A stretch of DNA of 64,000 nucleotides from Raillietiella orientalis (GCA_036172245.1 JAYWIR010000006.1:248001-312000), one strand, 5' to 3'. Numbered from the stretch's first letter, positions 12,501 through 26,900 are shown. Program-made: numbers and translations. Notes: generated by a model from the letters alone, not told the origin.

Positions 12501-15500
12501 AGCGTGCCCTTTCGGGATGCAAGCGAAATTCCATCCTCCCACTTGCAGGGAACAAAGTGACCACTGCATGGCTTGCAGGGAGCAAGCCATGCAGCGGAAA
12601 GCGTCTCCCGCTCTCTCTCTTATTTCTCCAGTTGCGCTTATGATGGCCGCAGCTTTTTGCTGAAGACTCCAGTCACAAAGGGAGGAGGGTTGGAGGCTTT
12701 CGTTCCGCAAGGAAAGCGAAAGCGAATTCAAGCGTGGGATCTGAAGGGATGACTCTCTTCCTGGCTGGGACGAAAAGGTGCAGAGAAAAAAGTTACCGTG
12801 GAATTCACTTCGCTTCTCCCCCCCCCCTTCCCTGATTCCCTTTCCTCCGTAATTCCATAGGAATTTCCGTCTTGAAAGCCTGCTGTGTTCATCTTTGTTT
12901 TGATTCAGTCTGCTGCAGCAACTGCAGCCCACCTGAGGGAAAATCATGTTGCATCCGCGTTGCACTCTGGCACTCCCCCCCCTCTCCCTCCCATTTCTTT
13001 GTGTTGCTTTTCTTCTGTAAGCTAAGAAGTCCAAAGAAATGCGGCGAAAAGAGGCTGCTGCGTTTCTTTCTCGAAAGCCTGAGCCACGTGGCTACCAGGG
13101 AAAGCGCCGCAGAGGAAGGCAAATGTCTGCCCAACCATTGCAGATTCCCCGTTGCCCTGGTCGGTGGAATAATCAGAGATAGAGAGCCCAGGAAAATAAG
13201 GAAATAGCAAATAAAAATCTACAAACAGCTGCGCCGCCCCGTTCACACGGCAACCGAATCTCTCTCAACAGCAGATAGGAAGACGCGCTTATCGAAGGGG
13301 AACTGGGAGACTTCGGCTGTTGGGATTCCCAAACGAGATCATTTAGAGATCATGTCTGGGACGAACTTTTCCATCAGGTGTATTCAAGGCGTGCTGCCGT
13401 CGTCTGTGGGTTAGAGAAATGGCATCCAATTATCCCTTCTCCTTGGGCGTGGCATCGAACTTTCATTGATTCCAAAATTTGACTTCTGACGTTAAGTTTT
13501 CAAGGAAAGCGTGAAAATGCTGTCCTCATCTATTGGAATTGGGCAACCCTGGTGAAAGACGATACTCATGTGATTTATTTAGGTTGGAATCGCAAATCAC
13601 CGCGATGTTTCTCTCGCACATTTATCGATCCCTCCATTACACAACCTGGGCCTTCCATTATCGCTCCACAGGAAATTTATGGAAAACAAATCACCAGGAG
13701 AATGAACGGACTGTTGGTTATTGCAGCACTTCCAAGGAAGATGTCATTCTGCTTTTGAGGTCGACTGCTCCATCCAGAAGAAGAATGAACAGACTGAAGG
13801 CTTTGCGAGCAGAAGATCAAACCGAGGTCTTTCGGCATGTAGAACAACGACGCAGGTTAGTGTTTCTCTGGTTCCTTTCACGTATCCTACACATCGGTTC
13901 TCCCATTGGAGGGCGACAAGTAACGAGACCGAATTGCAAATACGATTAACAGGAATGCGATTATCTGCCAAATCGAAAGCTCACGTTGTTCCTGGTTCCA
14001 GCGAGAGACGAGCATGCCATGAGATTCAACTCCGCGAATGCGCGTCAAGCGAAAGCGATCTCATTTTGTTCCCTGCTCTCTTCCATCGTGGTCACAGACT
14101 CATTACAGGATTTCCAGCTCCTCACTTCGCTGCTTGGAAACACGGCGGAAAAAAATCCTCGACTCCAGTTTCCTCAGAAACGTGTTGACAAATCTGCAGT
14201 CCGCTAAGAAGACGCGCATTCTTTGAAGGCGCAGTCAGTAATTCTCGTCCTCCTCACGATGAATCGAGTTGGGTGGAAGATTTCTTTTTTTTTCTTCGAG
14301 CGAATAAGAAATGCTTTTGCACTTTTCAGTTCAATTTAGAGTCCTTAATTCGATTTTCCCAGTGAGACCGTGCAGACGGATAGCAGCATCGATTTGTCTG
14401 AAGCAAGCGATGACCCCCTCCAGACGATCAGGAAAACCATTCGTATCCCTAAAGACAGTTACTTAGAGCTTTCGGACTCTTTCAGTTAAAGGAATTTCTG
14501 TATCTTGTGGTCTTCAAGGCCAGATAAGCGTGCTTTCCAAGACAGGGAAAGACTTCTTTCGCCTTCTTCTTCTTTGCTATGGGTCGATTTCCCACTCTGG
14601 CTTCGGGAAGCCAACGTTGTTCTGGATGTCCTCTACCTATCTACGTACTGCGAAAAAAGGAGGCTTTGGAAGTGCTTTTTTGTTCAACTGAGGGGAGATT
14701 TTCCGTTTCGCGAAGTATTCAGTCACGGAAGACATGTAAACGACGTGACCATACGCTGAGATGGGTCACAAGGGCACCACAGCATTAGTAAAGGTTGCAC
14801 TCCGACACAAATCTTGCCTCGGCAAGAGTTCTCCCTTCGATTTTTCAGCCCGTTATATGCTACGCTTCTCCCTCAAGCTCCGGACCAATGGATGAATCCT
14901 ACAGAGGAAAAACTCTGACAGCTTCCGAAGCCATTCGTGAAGCCTGCCTAGAGACCGGTGATGTGCTCTGAATGCATCTTTCATTGAACAGGACAGATGA
15001 ATTCCGCAGCTCTAAATCTTGTGGATAAGAAGGGAAGAGTTGGTATTCCACGTCGAAGTATGGTCTCTTCCTGAACTCCCTGAATCGCCTCCGGCCTTGA
15101 AGAGGGAACAGGAGGAGGAGGAGGAAGCGATTCTGAATCGGCGAATTTCGAGCACTCCGTTTGTTTCGTCATTTCAACGTATTGCCAGCTGGTCTCGGGA
15201 GTGCATTCCAAGAGCTGCTGCCTTCGCAGTTCTCCCTTTGTGTGTGTGGCATTCCCTAGATGTGCCCACGTGTCAACTCGAAACTCTGAGGGCAACGGAA
15301 AGCTGCCGATCCGTTCAGGAGGAATGGGTTCGTCTTCTCTTTGAAGAACAAACTCTATGGTTTCCCTCTCTGGTATGGAACGGTGCATCACAGACTTTCC
15401 TCCTCGGATCCTGCCATTCGAGAAACACATTTTTGCTCCAGCACTGGTTGCTCCATTCAGAAGCTGGGCGAGGAGGTACGCATTTCCGGAAATTCAGGGG

Positions 15501-15650
15501 CCTCCTCTATTGATGGTTGAGCGAAATTCAGAGCGGTTTGCAAGAAACCGTCTCTGTCATCGATCACTTGATCACTGCTTTCCGAAGACAGGACAGTCCT
15601 TCCTTTCAGTGATACTCATGCTGACTGGAGTCACGGCGTGACCGAGCCAC
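9500..15650 (-). mobile_element. Degenerate long L1-like LINE (ORF1 knuckle ~15000-15400, APE ~12300-13000, RT ~10700-11700, 3' region ~9500-9900)
   Basis: DVEY..LPFLSTRF knuckle-like remnant, GDAFRC (APE L.D.WR-like), linker WEDFLEDSSNFLY, SQGIILKGISS (RGxRQG-like). Very decayed. Confidence 0.5.
13250..14250 (+). mobile_element. Probable RTE-X-like LINE 3' fragment nested in the L1 relic
   Basis: VVCGLEKW (LYG.EVW-like) near 13400 and RLSAKSKAHVVPGSSERRACHEIQLRECASSESDLILFPALF (R.S.H.L..E.GR...ER.C..C-like) near 13960-14090. Confidence 0.4.
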
Positions 15651-15899
15651 ACGGCTATAGAAACCTCCTCATTACGTTCTGTTCGATTCTGATTCACTAC
15701 TTCGTTGTCAGATCAGAGACTCATGCTCTGCTGGAGTGACATCCTACAATGGAAGAAGTGGTCTTCAGACACTGTGGAATGTCAGTGGTCTTCAATAGGT
15801 TTCAACCGTGCTTGCCCATCGTGCTGCCTACTTTGACTATATGCAGCTATATTGAGAGTACACCGTAAAGACAATGTAGTAGTAAAGTCCCGTTGTTCT

Positions 15900-17170
15900 C
15901 TCAATCTGTTGCGCGCTTGCCATTGAGCTTGGTGGTGTCACTTTCCAGAGGTCACTTCATACTTTTAAATTTTCCAGATGCGGCTGTCCGAGTGATTGGT
16001 GTATCCTGAAATTTCAGGATAGATGGTGAAAAAATGATTACAGGCTCCATCAGCAGATAAGATCTGGAAAATACATGAGGTTGGATGTCTTTTGCTAAGA
16101 CAAAGGCAAGCAGTAACATAGCAAGAAAGAATCGAAGGAAACCAATGAAAGATAGATTTTCATTACCTCCTTGGACTCCTCGGACAAGCACCTGTCTGCA
16201 ACAGCAATGTCAATACAAGGAATATTTACATCCAAAGATGTTTCAGAAGCTCCATAGAAACTTTTATTCTTCAAATTATCAGGGACATCTGAGTCTTGCA
16301 AGAAGAGTAGCAAACGAATACCACCGACACCAGAAACAGCCAAACTTCCTATATGGGATAGTGTAGGTTTTCCATCAGACATAAATCGGAGCCTCACGCT
16401 AGAAGACATCACCCCTGACAAAGGATACCCTCAGAAGAAGGAGCAAAGCCCCTCGGTTGGAACAATACGATCCAAAAAATACACTGCACAAAGGATGGCG
16501 TACCAGCCACCACCGTCTGTAGATAAGAATCGATTTCTGAAAGAAATGGATACGATGCATCAGGGAATGCGACCCATTTCCGGGCTGGGTTATAGGAAGA
16601 GCCGCACAATGGAAGGTTGGGGTGAGTATCCTTGAAGAGCATTTGCAATGGAAGACACGTCAGGAAACACTTACAGGGGAAAGAAAGAATTCTAAAAGTT
16701 GCAAGAATACGAAGACCACTGTTAATAAACTTTCGGGAACGCATTTTTCCTAATCTTCGAGGAAGACTCACGGGATCATCATCGTGGAAGCTCCTGGAAC
16801 ACAATCGAGGGGAAAACGGCTGGATGCCCTGTATAAACGCGAAATACAAAAGTCGTATCTACAACAACTTTGCTGTAGATACGGGGAGCTACGCGAGCGG
16901 GTGACCACTGCAGGATACCTATCCTAGTAGCAAGGAAGGATTTTCTCCAATGCAGCTGAGCAGACGGATGGTACTGACGGCTCCGGTATCGGGAAACATC
17001 TCGATTGGGAGAAACGGCCCTCCTTCCTAATCTAACTTTGGTTACTTCCAATGGAAGAAGCGGCTGCAAGCCTGGGAGAAGTGGAGAAGCTTTCTCTCGG
17101 ACTTGGAGTCGCCTGCGTTGCATGGCACCGAGGCAGAGAAGCTATCCTGCATGTTTCTCATCTGCCCACA
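15900..17170 (+). mobile_element. L1-like ORF2 3' fragment (post-RT to zinc finger)
   Basis: WMPCINAKYKSRI (zf-RVT-like) and EKLSCMFLICPQMKNLW (CCHC-like); homologous to the adjacent copy near 18.1-18.3 kb. Confidence 0.55.
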
Positions 17171-17199
17171 AATGAAGAATCTATGGTGATGAAAACACT

Positions 17200-18900
17200 T
17201 TCGAACAGTTCTACTACGTAAGAGAGCTTCGAGATCGAGCGAAAGAAGCTGATTTTTACAGGAGATATCGTGTGTCCACTGCGCTCAGGATGCCCTACTA
17301 ACAGGATCCGGGAACGCGTATTCGGTGACAAAATGATCTTACCACAACAAAAGGGATTCCTGCCTTCCAACGGGTCCTTGAACAGTGCTGCACTCCTCAA
17401 TCCAGAGTCAGTAAGACACCCGTTCCTCCAGGCGGCCCTCGAGGAACATTTCCTTGTCCTTTGAAGATTTGGTCGCCGCCTTAGGGATAACATCCCACGA
17501 TCCTACATTACACGATAGTACTTGGATGAACGACCTCCTGGGAACCGCAAGTGCTGTGAAAGCATTGTGTGAAGTCCTACGCAAGCAGGAGCTGAAGATG
17601 CCTTCCCCGGAAATAGTCGACATCTGCACAAGGATGCGTTCTTTCAGTCGGGCTCCTAAATCACCCAAAGCACCCCTATCCACAGAAGACTCAGGAAGAG
17701 ATGCCCTTGAGCTCACCGCTGTTTAATGATACAAAAGAGACAATCTAACAGAAGCCGAAAGGATCTTTTGAGGATCCCTTTTTTCGTTCATGCAGATGAT
17801 TCACTTCTCCTAGCAGATTCTGAGCTAGAACTGTTACAGACACTGATCAGTACGGAAGACCCGAGTCGCGAGGATAGACCAGCACAAATAGATAAGCCTT
17901 ATTCCAGCCACAGTTCCAAGAGTGGATTTAGAGAAAGTTTCATATTAATACCACCAGCATCTCGACATCCCTGGATGTACAGATTTCTGGGAAAGGTTCC
18001 AATCGGGGTTCTCCGGAGACCAGACTGTTGGAAGTCAGCATGTTGGGTTACGGCCTTTTTCCCTGGGTGTCTCTAGGGGATTGCCAGACTCGTCAGCTAT
18101 CACAGCTTTGGTGCATATCGGAAGGAAGACAGCACCTCCATAGTAACTATTATTTCCTAAATTATCATGAGCAGCACCAACCTTGCAAGAAGAGTAGCAA
18201 ACGAATACCCATGTGTCGACCTATTGAAGAGATGGCGAGGCCAAGTTCGCATGGATACCTGTCTCAGGATGCTGACATCGCCGTATAAGTGACCACGAAA
18301 CTCTCCAGAGCACATCCTGCGCACCCAGTGTCTGGAAAAAGTGTCCGATTTTCATCCTCAGGCGTAGGCCTCGGAGCGTCTGGCATCCTATCCGAAAACA
18401 TGACCAAACCGAGCGATGGCTTGCTCGGCTTGTCGTATGGACCACGGTTGTCGCCAGTCGTCCGGAAGAATGCAAGTGCACTCTACATTTGAGGATTAGC
18501 GAACCCCTACCAATAATCGCAGGATTTTCCCTCTGGTGCGCAGAGGAGGCTCCAATTTACCACTGGGGCACGCCCGCTCCGAGGCAAGGGAAGGTGGAGT
18601 TCCTTCACGGACAGGCATCCAGATCAGGGAAAAAACACGTCCACATCGTGGGCGTGTGCCCACTTCTCCCATATCGGGGAAGATCACCTTCCGTTCCATA
18701 CACGCTGCTCGGTTCGAATCCCGCGCGGGCCGAGTTCGCAATAAGTGCGATGCGGATCTAATGCGCAAGAGACGAGGTGCTTGATATGGGCAGTCCTTGA
18801 CGCACATCCTCAATCCTTGCATGCAAAATTCTAGGTTTTGTTGCGTAGCGACGCGGCAACAGTTCGTTTCACCAAAGAAACAACTCAAGGAAAACGGGAG
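17200..18900 (+). mobile_element. L1-like reverse transcriptase relic
   Basis: ILPQQKGFLPS, RRLRKRCP..SPLFN (RGLRQGCPLSP-like), FVHADDSLLL (17789-17800) and YRFLGKVPIG in the correct RT order. Confidence 0.8.
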
Positions 18901-19399
18901 CTGGTGGCCTCCAGCCGACCAATCCCGGGAGGCGGCTTGAAGAACTACCATGCTCCAGAACGAGAGACGAATTCCCGCTCGAAAGAGCAGTCACAGCATT
19001 GGGAGAATTGCAGAAAAGAGCAAAAGAGACCAAACACAGAAAGGCCTCTCATGTTCTCCGACAGATGAGTATGGCTTTGGCAGAACTCCGGAGACTTTGG
19101 AGGCTAAGAAGCTCTTAGAGAACTGCGGGATCCATCGCAAAGCAGACAGAGAGCAGGGAGTCGAGGATGGTGGTGGACTTTCGCGTTCAGACATGCTGGA
19201 TACTGGCGCACCGTCAAGGATGAACAGCCAGCAGCAGGATGAAAACGTAAGGAAGGAAATCGCCTTCAGCCTGCGCACGATTCCGCGCAAGGCAGCGCAA
19301 GACCTGTCGCAAGACCCTGCCGATCAAGGGAAGACCACGTCCTGTCTCCGACAGCACTGTACTTTAAGGCATTTTGTGTCCAATGGCTCGCAACTCCGA

Positions 19400-19950
19400 C
19401 CTTCGGGGTGCAGAATTAGTGCACCTGCTTCATCAGATCTATTAGTTATGCGTGAATCGCCTATCGAGGATGGCGCCATTCACCTTGCAAGGAGGAGCAG
19501 CGCGTAGGACGAATCCCTGGGACAAATTCCCAGTTGCCGTGGCAACAGCCAAATCGTGAACGGCAAAAGATGATAGGCTGGAGGTCGAGATCGATCACTA
19601 AAAGACGTTGAGGGGTTAATGCTGCAACCAGCTTAGGGTCTGCAGCGTTGCTCGAGGACATCGGGTGGAAGGAGAGAGAGTATCGGGGACCGGTTCTTCA
19701 CTTGGTCTCCAGTGGAGTGCCTGCATGAGAAACAGCGCGTATCTCAGGACAACAGCGAAGTGTTGAGAGAAGAAAGGATTCCGAGAACAGGGGCGGAGTT
19801 CATGAAGAGAAGAAGAGCATTCAGTGTTCCTGAAATGTGTGCTGGAAACAAAGGCTCGAACACCGCTCGTAACTAAAGGAGCCACCACAACTACGGTCCC
19901 GTGATGAGGGCGAGTCAAGAAGAGAGATGGAAGTTTCCCCTTTCACTTGT
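19400..19950 (-). mobile_element. L1 ORF1 relic
   Basis: PQRLLVIDLDLQP...EFVPGIRPTRCSS resembles the ORF1 pre-knuckle and knuckle segment. Confidence 0.4.
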
Positions 19951-20199
19951 TTGCATCCTCTTTCTTAACACGATGACGTCATTCTTAATGAACAAAACGT
20001 GAATCAGGATATAAAAAGTCTTATCTTAAAATATACTTCCAAAAACTTCCCCTATAGAAGAGCACGTGAAATTAATTCCCTTCTAAATTAGAGATTTTAT
20101 CTTGGAAAAAAATCGTCAGAATCGTCACCACAAAGAAAATGGCTGTATGGAACGCCATGAAGCAGGGAAGTCCGCGTTTTCTTGAGGTTGATTTTCATG

Positions 20200-23100
20200 C
20201 AGTTTACAACCATTGCAACACTCCAAGCGTAGCTGACCGTAGTGCCATGGAGATGTTCGGTTGCGCAAACACTGGATGTCTTCCTTAAGAACTGTGAGGT
20301 TCCTGTCTCTGTAGCTTCGGTATGCTGCCGACCTTTTGCCTTCAGAATTATGTCTTGGTTTTATTGTCTTCAAAATTGTTAATGAACTTCTCAAAACTTT
20401 TTCGCTTGGTGGGATTTGCGTGACACTTCCCTAGATCTCTGATTTGGTTCTTCTCTTGTTTGGGAATTTTCGTTTTCGCCGCTCTCGAAAGGTCTGTTCC
20501 GTGATTGGGAGGAAATTGCCGCAGTTCCTCCAGATGAAGTACGCGAGAAACGCGCATCCCAACGCGTGTGCACAGAAGCACTCTGCGTTGTGATCTCCGT
20601 GATTCCAGATGCTCTGATCCAAAGGCATGCAACTGGGATATTTGGAAAACTGCTCAGGGAACCTCACATTCGTCTCCAATGTCTTAGCTACACTGATCTC
20701 TCGAAGTCAGCACGGAAACCTGCCATCTAGCCATCCGTCTGCCATCATTAGCCCTTCGACAGCAACGCAGTTTAGACTTGAGAGAAAAGTATTTCATGGA
20801 CCCTCTTCAGAGAGAATGGGCTCTTGAAATAGGGAGCGCACAGACCAAAGGAACCATGTCCTGCGCATCATCTATTGCAGAAATTTTGCCGGGACTCCCA
20901 GAGATCCCTTCTAGTACACACAGAAGGCGTGATCACATGAAAAGCGCTTCCAAGGGCTTCCCAGCGAAGCACCAGCACTTGAGGCGCAGCATGCAGAGAA
21001 TCTGCATTGCCGAAAAGGAGATAAGGTTGTCCATGTGCGAAGCTGAATGCTTCACAGAAGCTGGTACACCGTGTCGCTGCAATGGTATATTCAACACATC
21101 GGTCTAGAAGTGTCCTTTTCCAGAAACAAGACCACAGGCCCAACATTTTACGACAACCGACTACAGCCACACAAAAAAGGAAAAGAGTGCCATGTGCTTT
21201 TTCAGTGTTCCAAACGAATGCCTTATTCTGAATTCCAGACGAATTCCTTAGAAGATCACCATTGGCCTTACTGTGCCATCCTTTCTGTGCGAATTTCTCT
21301 ACATGTGTAGAAATTGAGCTTGATGTCAGCCCTAAAACGAAAACCAGAGAAGTGGGTAAACGTCGATTCCACGTAGAAGAGGGAACCGGACTTATGAGGA
21401 TTCACCAACTAAAAACAGTGTCCCGGAGCAGAGAAATTTGGAATAAAGAAATACCTTGGTAATTCCTTGCTTCCTTGCCGTTCCACAGTAGACGCAGCGG
21501 TAGATGCACCAAAGGCACTCATCATTCGGAACCGCAAACGGTTCGCTACCAGTGCCAACTGCACTCAAAATGCGGACTGTTTCCGATACACGGAAGGAGT
21601 CAAAGGAAGATTTACCGTGGACCAGAGTGATAACGGAGACTGTATGGAAACTTATTTCCCCAAAGGCGGAAGCAACGGCGCCCTCTTCACGTCTTGCCAG
21701 CTATTTCAAGACCTGCAACGTGAACCTGCAAAAGGCTGGAACGACAGACAGCCTGGAGGAGCAACCTGCCACCGGACATTCAGAACGACGTTCATGTTTT
21801 GCCACGGAGGAAACCTGCGTGATCTTAGGTCTGAATATTGGACTAAGGAAGAGCTTGGCATGTGGGATCAAGGAAAGCTGGCTTTAGGTGCACACCTGCA
21901 CAACCCTGAGCCGAGACTGGACAGCACAGAAGGCGGTTACGGATCCGCAGAACCGTACAGGAATGGAAATCGTGACAGGATTGTTTGAAGGAGACGGCAA
22001 CGTTTCCCAATGCAGTCCCATCGCAAGAACAATCATTACTGTCTCCATCACAAGCATTATGATAAGGGCAAAAATGAGAAGAGCAGGAAAAAACAAGGCC
22101 TGCAGAATGCGTTTCGAAAGGACTCATTAACAAAGAGATCAGCTCTAGGAACCGCAGCAAAATCCTAGCCTGGACATATCGCTGCATCTTGAAAAAGATT
22201 GCGGATGCTGCTCAGGTGAGTAAGACGTCCAACAACCCCTAGTAATGAGATTCCAAAGACAAAACCACAAATTTGACCCAGAAAAGCGACCCTTTGTGTT
22301 GTGGACCATGATGTTTGGAAGCAGCTTCTCTAATGTGTCTGCCATTTTGTCCAGTGGTTGGTCTGTATGAGAAAACCGTGTAGAACGAATGCATAAAGAA
22401 ATCCAGGTCTTCATCGGCTATCAAGAAGATACTGAAAGTCAGTAATGCCTGCGCTTTTACCTGATAGGAAAGACTGAAAGACAGTAAATGACACGATTTT
22501 TCCAGTGCCGTTTCTCAACACCGGAAACAGCATTTGTGTTGCACCCGGCAACGAACTAAGTGGAGCAACTGGTGCCTCAAAAGACTCCGTTCCAAGTAAA
22601 GACATAAATGCATCGGACGAGGAGCAAAAGTGCGAAAGAGAAAGGTACAAACCGAGGCTGTGATTTGTTGAGACCTGATGAAGAGCATGTAGTTAACGTC
22701 TAAACAGCAAAGAATTACAGAGAGTGCTGTTGCTTGTGTGCGAGCGAGATTGCCTTCCGAAAAACCTCAAGCAACTCAGAATTGGGTTCGAGAACAGCAA
22801 AGAAAGAAGCAAAGAAGAGCAAAGAAGTAAAGAATTCCCTCCCCTTTGGTTGCGGTCATCAGAAGGCATTGGTTATTTGACGCGAAAGTTTTTGGAGGCG
22901 TTTCCAAAGAAAAGCTCGAGAAAGCTCCTCTCCTTGGGGAGTTCCTAAAGATGCCTTTGATAATGGAGCAGAGGAAAAGTCATGTTTTTCAAAAACGGCT
23001 GAATTGGAGGCAGAAAAGCAAAGCGTAGGTGTGAAGAGAAACAGGCTAAACTCCAGCAAGTGAACTCTAGTTGGGAAGTGGGCACTGTCAAGAGAGCAGG

Positions 23101-23900
23101 AGTTGCTTCCCTTCTCTTCAGCTGAAGCAACTCTTGCGCGGTAGATCCACATTGTGAAAGCTTTCCTGGAGCGCAGGGGTCGGTGCTGAAACGGAAAGGG
23201 CTGCTGACTGACAAGTTCCAGAACCTTACTGAAAAAGGACAAGGTGAGATTCCTTTGTTCCCAGTGGTGAATCCTGGAAAAGTTTGCTCCCTAACTTTCT
23301 TTTCGGTCTACAAGAAGCATTCGAATCAGATGAGCAGTCGAGAAGAAGTGTTCCCTCCGCTCCATGTTCTTCAGTGTGACTATCCAACCCGATGATTAGG
23401 GAACTTCTTAGGAGCTGACTCTTCGCTGACCTTTGTAGGAGATGTCGTCCTGCTCTCGAAACCTGAAGGTGGGCTCTGTGCACGCTTCTGCATGCTAGGA
23501 AACTTGCGCAACAAAGTTGGGCTTCCCGTCAGTCCCAGTGATCGCGATACCTTCACATGCACTTCAGAGCCACGGAACTAGGAGGCGCTGGAAGAACGGC
23601 GTTCAGGAACATCGGCATCACACGAACATCTCAAGGCTCGAGTTCAAAAACGCCTACAGGATATCCGGCAAAAATATTCGACCCGGGCACCTTTCCATCC
23701 AAGCATCAGATCCTGAGCGTCTTCAGATGGGAAGCAAGCATCAGATGGTTCGCGCGGAACGGTCAACATTCTGGAGCTCGAACTTTATTCATGGCAAGAG
23801 CTGGACTCCATGAGAACCTTTTGCTTTCCCAGCCTCATCCATTACCAGAGCCTGAGAACGTTCAGAAGAGCAGATTGGATGTTTTTCAGAAGAGATCTTT
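20200..23900 (-). mobile_element. Degenerate L1-like ORF2 (APE to zinc finger)
   Basis: WISLC...KMADTLEKLLPNIMVHNTKGRFSG (RT domains 1-2, 22250-22410), LVQYSDL (YADD-like, 21829-21840), Cys/His remnant near 20550-20650. Confidence 0.65.
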
Positions 23901-23999
23901 GATCGAGAAATACCTCGACTTGCCGAGGAAAGATAAATGACTGTCGAAGAAGAAAATACGGACTGATCAAAGAAATGTGTCCGTGCCGCCAGAGAGGCC

Positions 24000-26900
24000 G
24001 GGAGCTTCTCAACTGACAGCTGTGATTCATTAAGGAGTCTGTGATTCTGAGCTTTGTCCCTGCAGGCGGTCTCACATGTCGTCAGTGTCGTGTCAGAGTG
24101 TCGTCGGTGTCTCGACGGTGTTTTTTGTTCGATAACATCATTCTTCTCCTGGTGTGGAGCTCCCGCCTGATAGCATCATTGCACCCCATGAACCAAAGGA
24201 TTCTGCGACGATCTTGCAATCAACAAGATCGATGCTTCCCTAGCAGCGAGACGGGGGATCATTACTTAGTAGCTTCTTATGTTTGCGTTGTCTTGCATCC
24301 ACCGGAGCCGCAACAGGCCATTTTTAAGCCCAAGAAACGCCTGACATGGTCACTCCCGTCGCCCTGATGCGAATGGATTCCAGCCGCAATTCGGAATTCG
24401 GCCAACACCAGCTACCAGGTCCCCTCTAGATGCGAACTACCAGTTCATCAGGCCTCTCGGTCATCATATCGTCTTAGCATCTCGTCCGGCGCAGTTCTTG
24501 GTAGGCTTTGCAGGTGCGGGTTAAGCTGCAACGCACGAATGGATCGGTGGTCTCGAATGCTCTCCAAGGCACAATGATGACCTGGTGGACCAAATCAGAG
24601 ACCTGACTAGAAGCAACCCAAGCTGATGTCTTCTCCAGGATGGTACCTGTAGTGTGTTCAACATCCTGTCTGATCCGATTCGGTGCTCCAGGAGGAAGGA
24701 GAGAGTTATTACCCTCGAATCCTCCTGACCTTGTGCGATCTCCGTGGCAGTTCCGGAAGAAGCGAGTCAGAGAAAGGGAAGTCACGTGCTGGGAGCTGGT
24801 CATTCCTCTCTTCTCCGAAGAATTCTGTGCTTCGGCGCGGGAGCTCGTCATGAGTCTGCAAGAGTCCTGGATTCCAAGGAAAGCACGTTACGCTGGAGGA
24901 GCTGAAAGTGAAGGACTTTGGAGCCAAGCAGACGTCTTAAGAACGGAAATGGTCCTTTCGGACACGCTCGCAAGATACATCTGTCGGGTCGGGTCACAGG
25001 CCGTGAAAAACCCCAAGACAACAGCCCCTTCTTCGGGGGCTGGATGAGGGAGGATGCCGCGAAAGTAAGGGTGTTGTCTGTGGATTCCCCTCATAATGGA
25101 TTTCGTTCGTCCACCACACACTGGAAGGGAGCATAAATCAAGCGTGGATAAGTGGACATTCGCCTTTCGATGTGGCCAGCTTCACCTCATCCGACTCTGG
25201 ACGAGGCGCACACTTCGCTTCCGCAAGATCGGATTTTGGCTGTCCCAGGAGGTGGCGCTCTTGACCCCGCTCTGCGTCGCGCAAAAGATTCTCGGGGCTT
25301 CCAACAGACGTCTTCTATCCAGTCTTCTCATCTCACGCCACCTCCCGAGAGAAAAAATCGTGATATTAGTAGATGTTTCTCGCAGCGGCTGGTGCAAATG
25401 CAAAGCTTCTGCGTCCCCCCCCTCTCATCCCGGAGGCACCAAGCTGCCTGCTTGGGGCTGGGCTTTCCCGCATTGTGCACGATGATCCCCGACGCTTCGA
25501 GCAGCCTCCCTTTCCGTGGAGACAGGAAAAAATGCCAGTCACCTGCAATCTGCCGTCGGCTCTCGGTGACCGAGCTTTGGCACCCCCCTCTCCGTGTGGC
25601 AATCACGTCTATTTGCGCCGCCGGTAAGCAGACCTGTGCGAGCGCCATCTTCGCTCGCTTGCAAGCGGTCCGACGCGACAGACTGTTTGCTGCTCCGACA
25701 TCCTCTCCGAATTACCGAAGGCGCCTCCGGTTGACTCGACGCTTCGGCTGCGAATGAGAGCCGAAGACTAGGGTCCCATCGCAGTTGTCGTTCCTCACCA
25801 GGATGCGGACCGTCCGCAAGACACTACGAACATCTGATCCTCCCCAGCGTGGGCGATTCCCAGAGGTCACCCCAACATGGTCTCATGACCCCTCTCGTCT
25901 CTCAAGTTCTCAGGAAGGACCTCGCCCTATCTTCACCGAGACTCGGTCCATTTTTGTCTTTCTGGGTCGTCTCGAGTGAGAATTTTCTAGGTCTCGACCA
26001 CCCTTGCACTCCCTCCCAAGGACGGTCCATGGTTACCCTCCAGACCTCGGCGTTTCGCTTTTTTCCCTTGCCTGGTGCGCCTCCTGTTCCCCTCCCCGGG
26101 CGGTGCCCCCCGATCGGCCAGTCTCTTGTTGGACCAGCGCCTGTGAGGTCTTTTCCGCGCAGGAAGGATGGGGGGGATAATCCCAAAGAGCAGACTCGGA
26201 GCGCGCGGCTCGTCCTGAGGAGGAAGCACGGGCGGTGGAGGGTCCCTCGCAAGCAGTTACCGCGGAGCGTCCTTACGGGATCCGCGCTCGTTAGCTGCTC
26301 TGGAATCTCTTGCACGGCCCGTGTGCTCTGTCGGCCTCCCGCTGTATACCGGGCCACTTGGAAAAGCACAGTGAGCCAAATTTTGCCACCGGAGGGCGCA
26401 TACTCACGTTCGGGACGAGAGAAACACAAAAAAGAAACAACTTTCAGCTCCGCTGGAGACTGCGGCAGGATGAACTCAAGCAGTATTGCCTCTTGCTCTC
26501 TCTCATCTAACGGTTTCTCTTTAAGCATCGAGAGTTACGCCCTTCCCCCTCCTCCTCCGAGAGAGGATCACTGTCCGAGAGAGATGGGAACTCACCCCCC
26601 AAACGTCGTTGCGATCCAAGAAGGCAGAATCTGAAAGGTAGCGCCTTCGTGCACGCTCCCTGGTCGTACCGGATGCGGGGGTGGGGGGAAGAAAGGAGTC
26701 GCGGGGTGCCGCAGGGTGAGAGAGAGGATGCGAAAAGGGTCCCGGATTTTCTCTCTCGAAGCCATTCTCGTGGTAGCGCCGACGAGGGGTTTGCCTTGGA
26801 CGTTTGTGCGAGTCCCTGGCTGCCAGCGGACCGGATCATCCCCTTCACGCACGCGCTGCGATAAAGGTCGCCGAAGAGGCAGCTTTTCGCCCCAGCGTCC

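Noticed and set aside
20600..22000. Apparent plus-strand LINE 3' end
   Set aside because: The minus strand gives ordered RT motifs (WISLC, QYSD) over the same interval and fits better.
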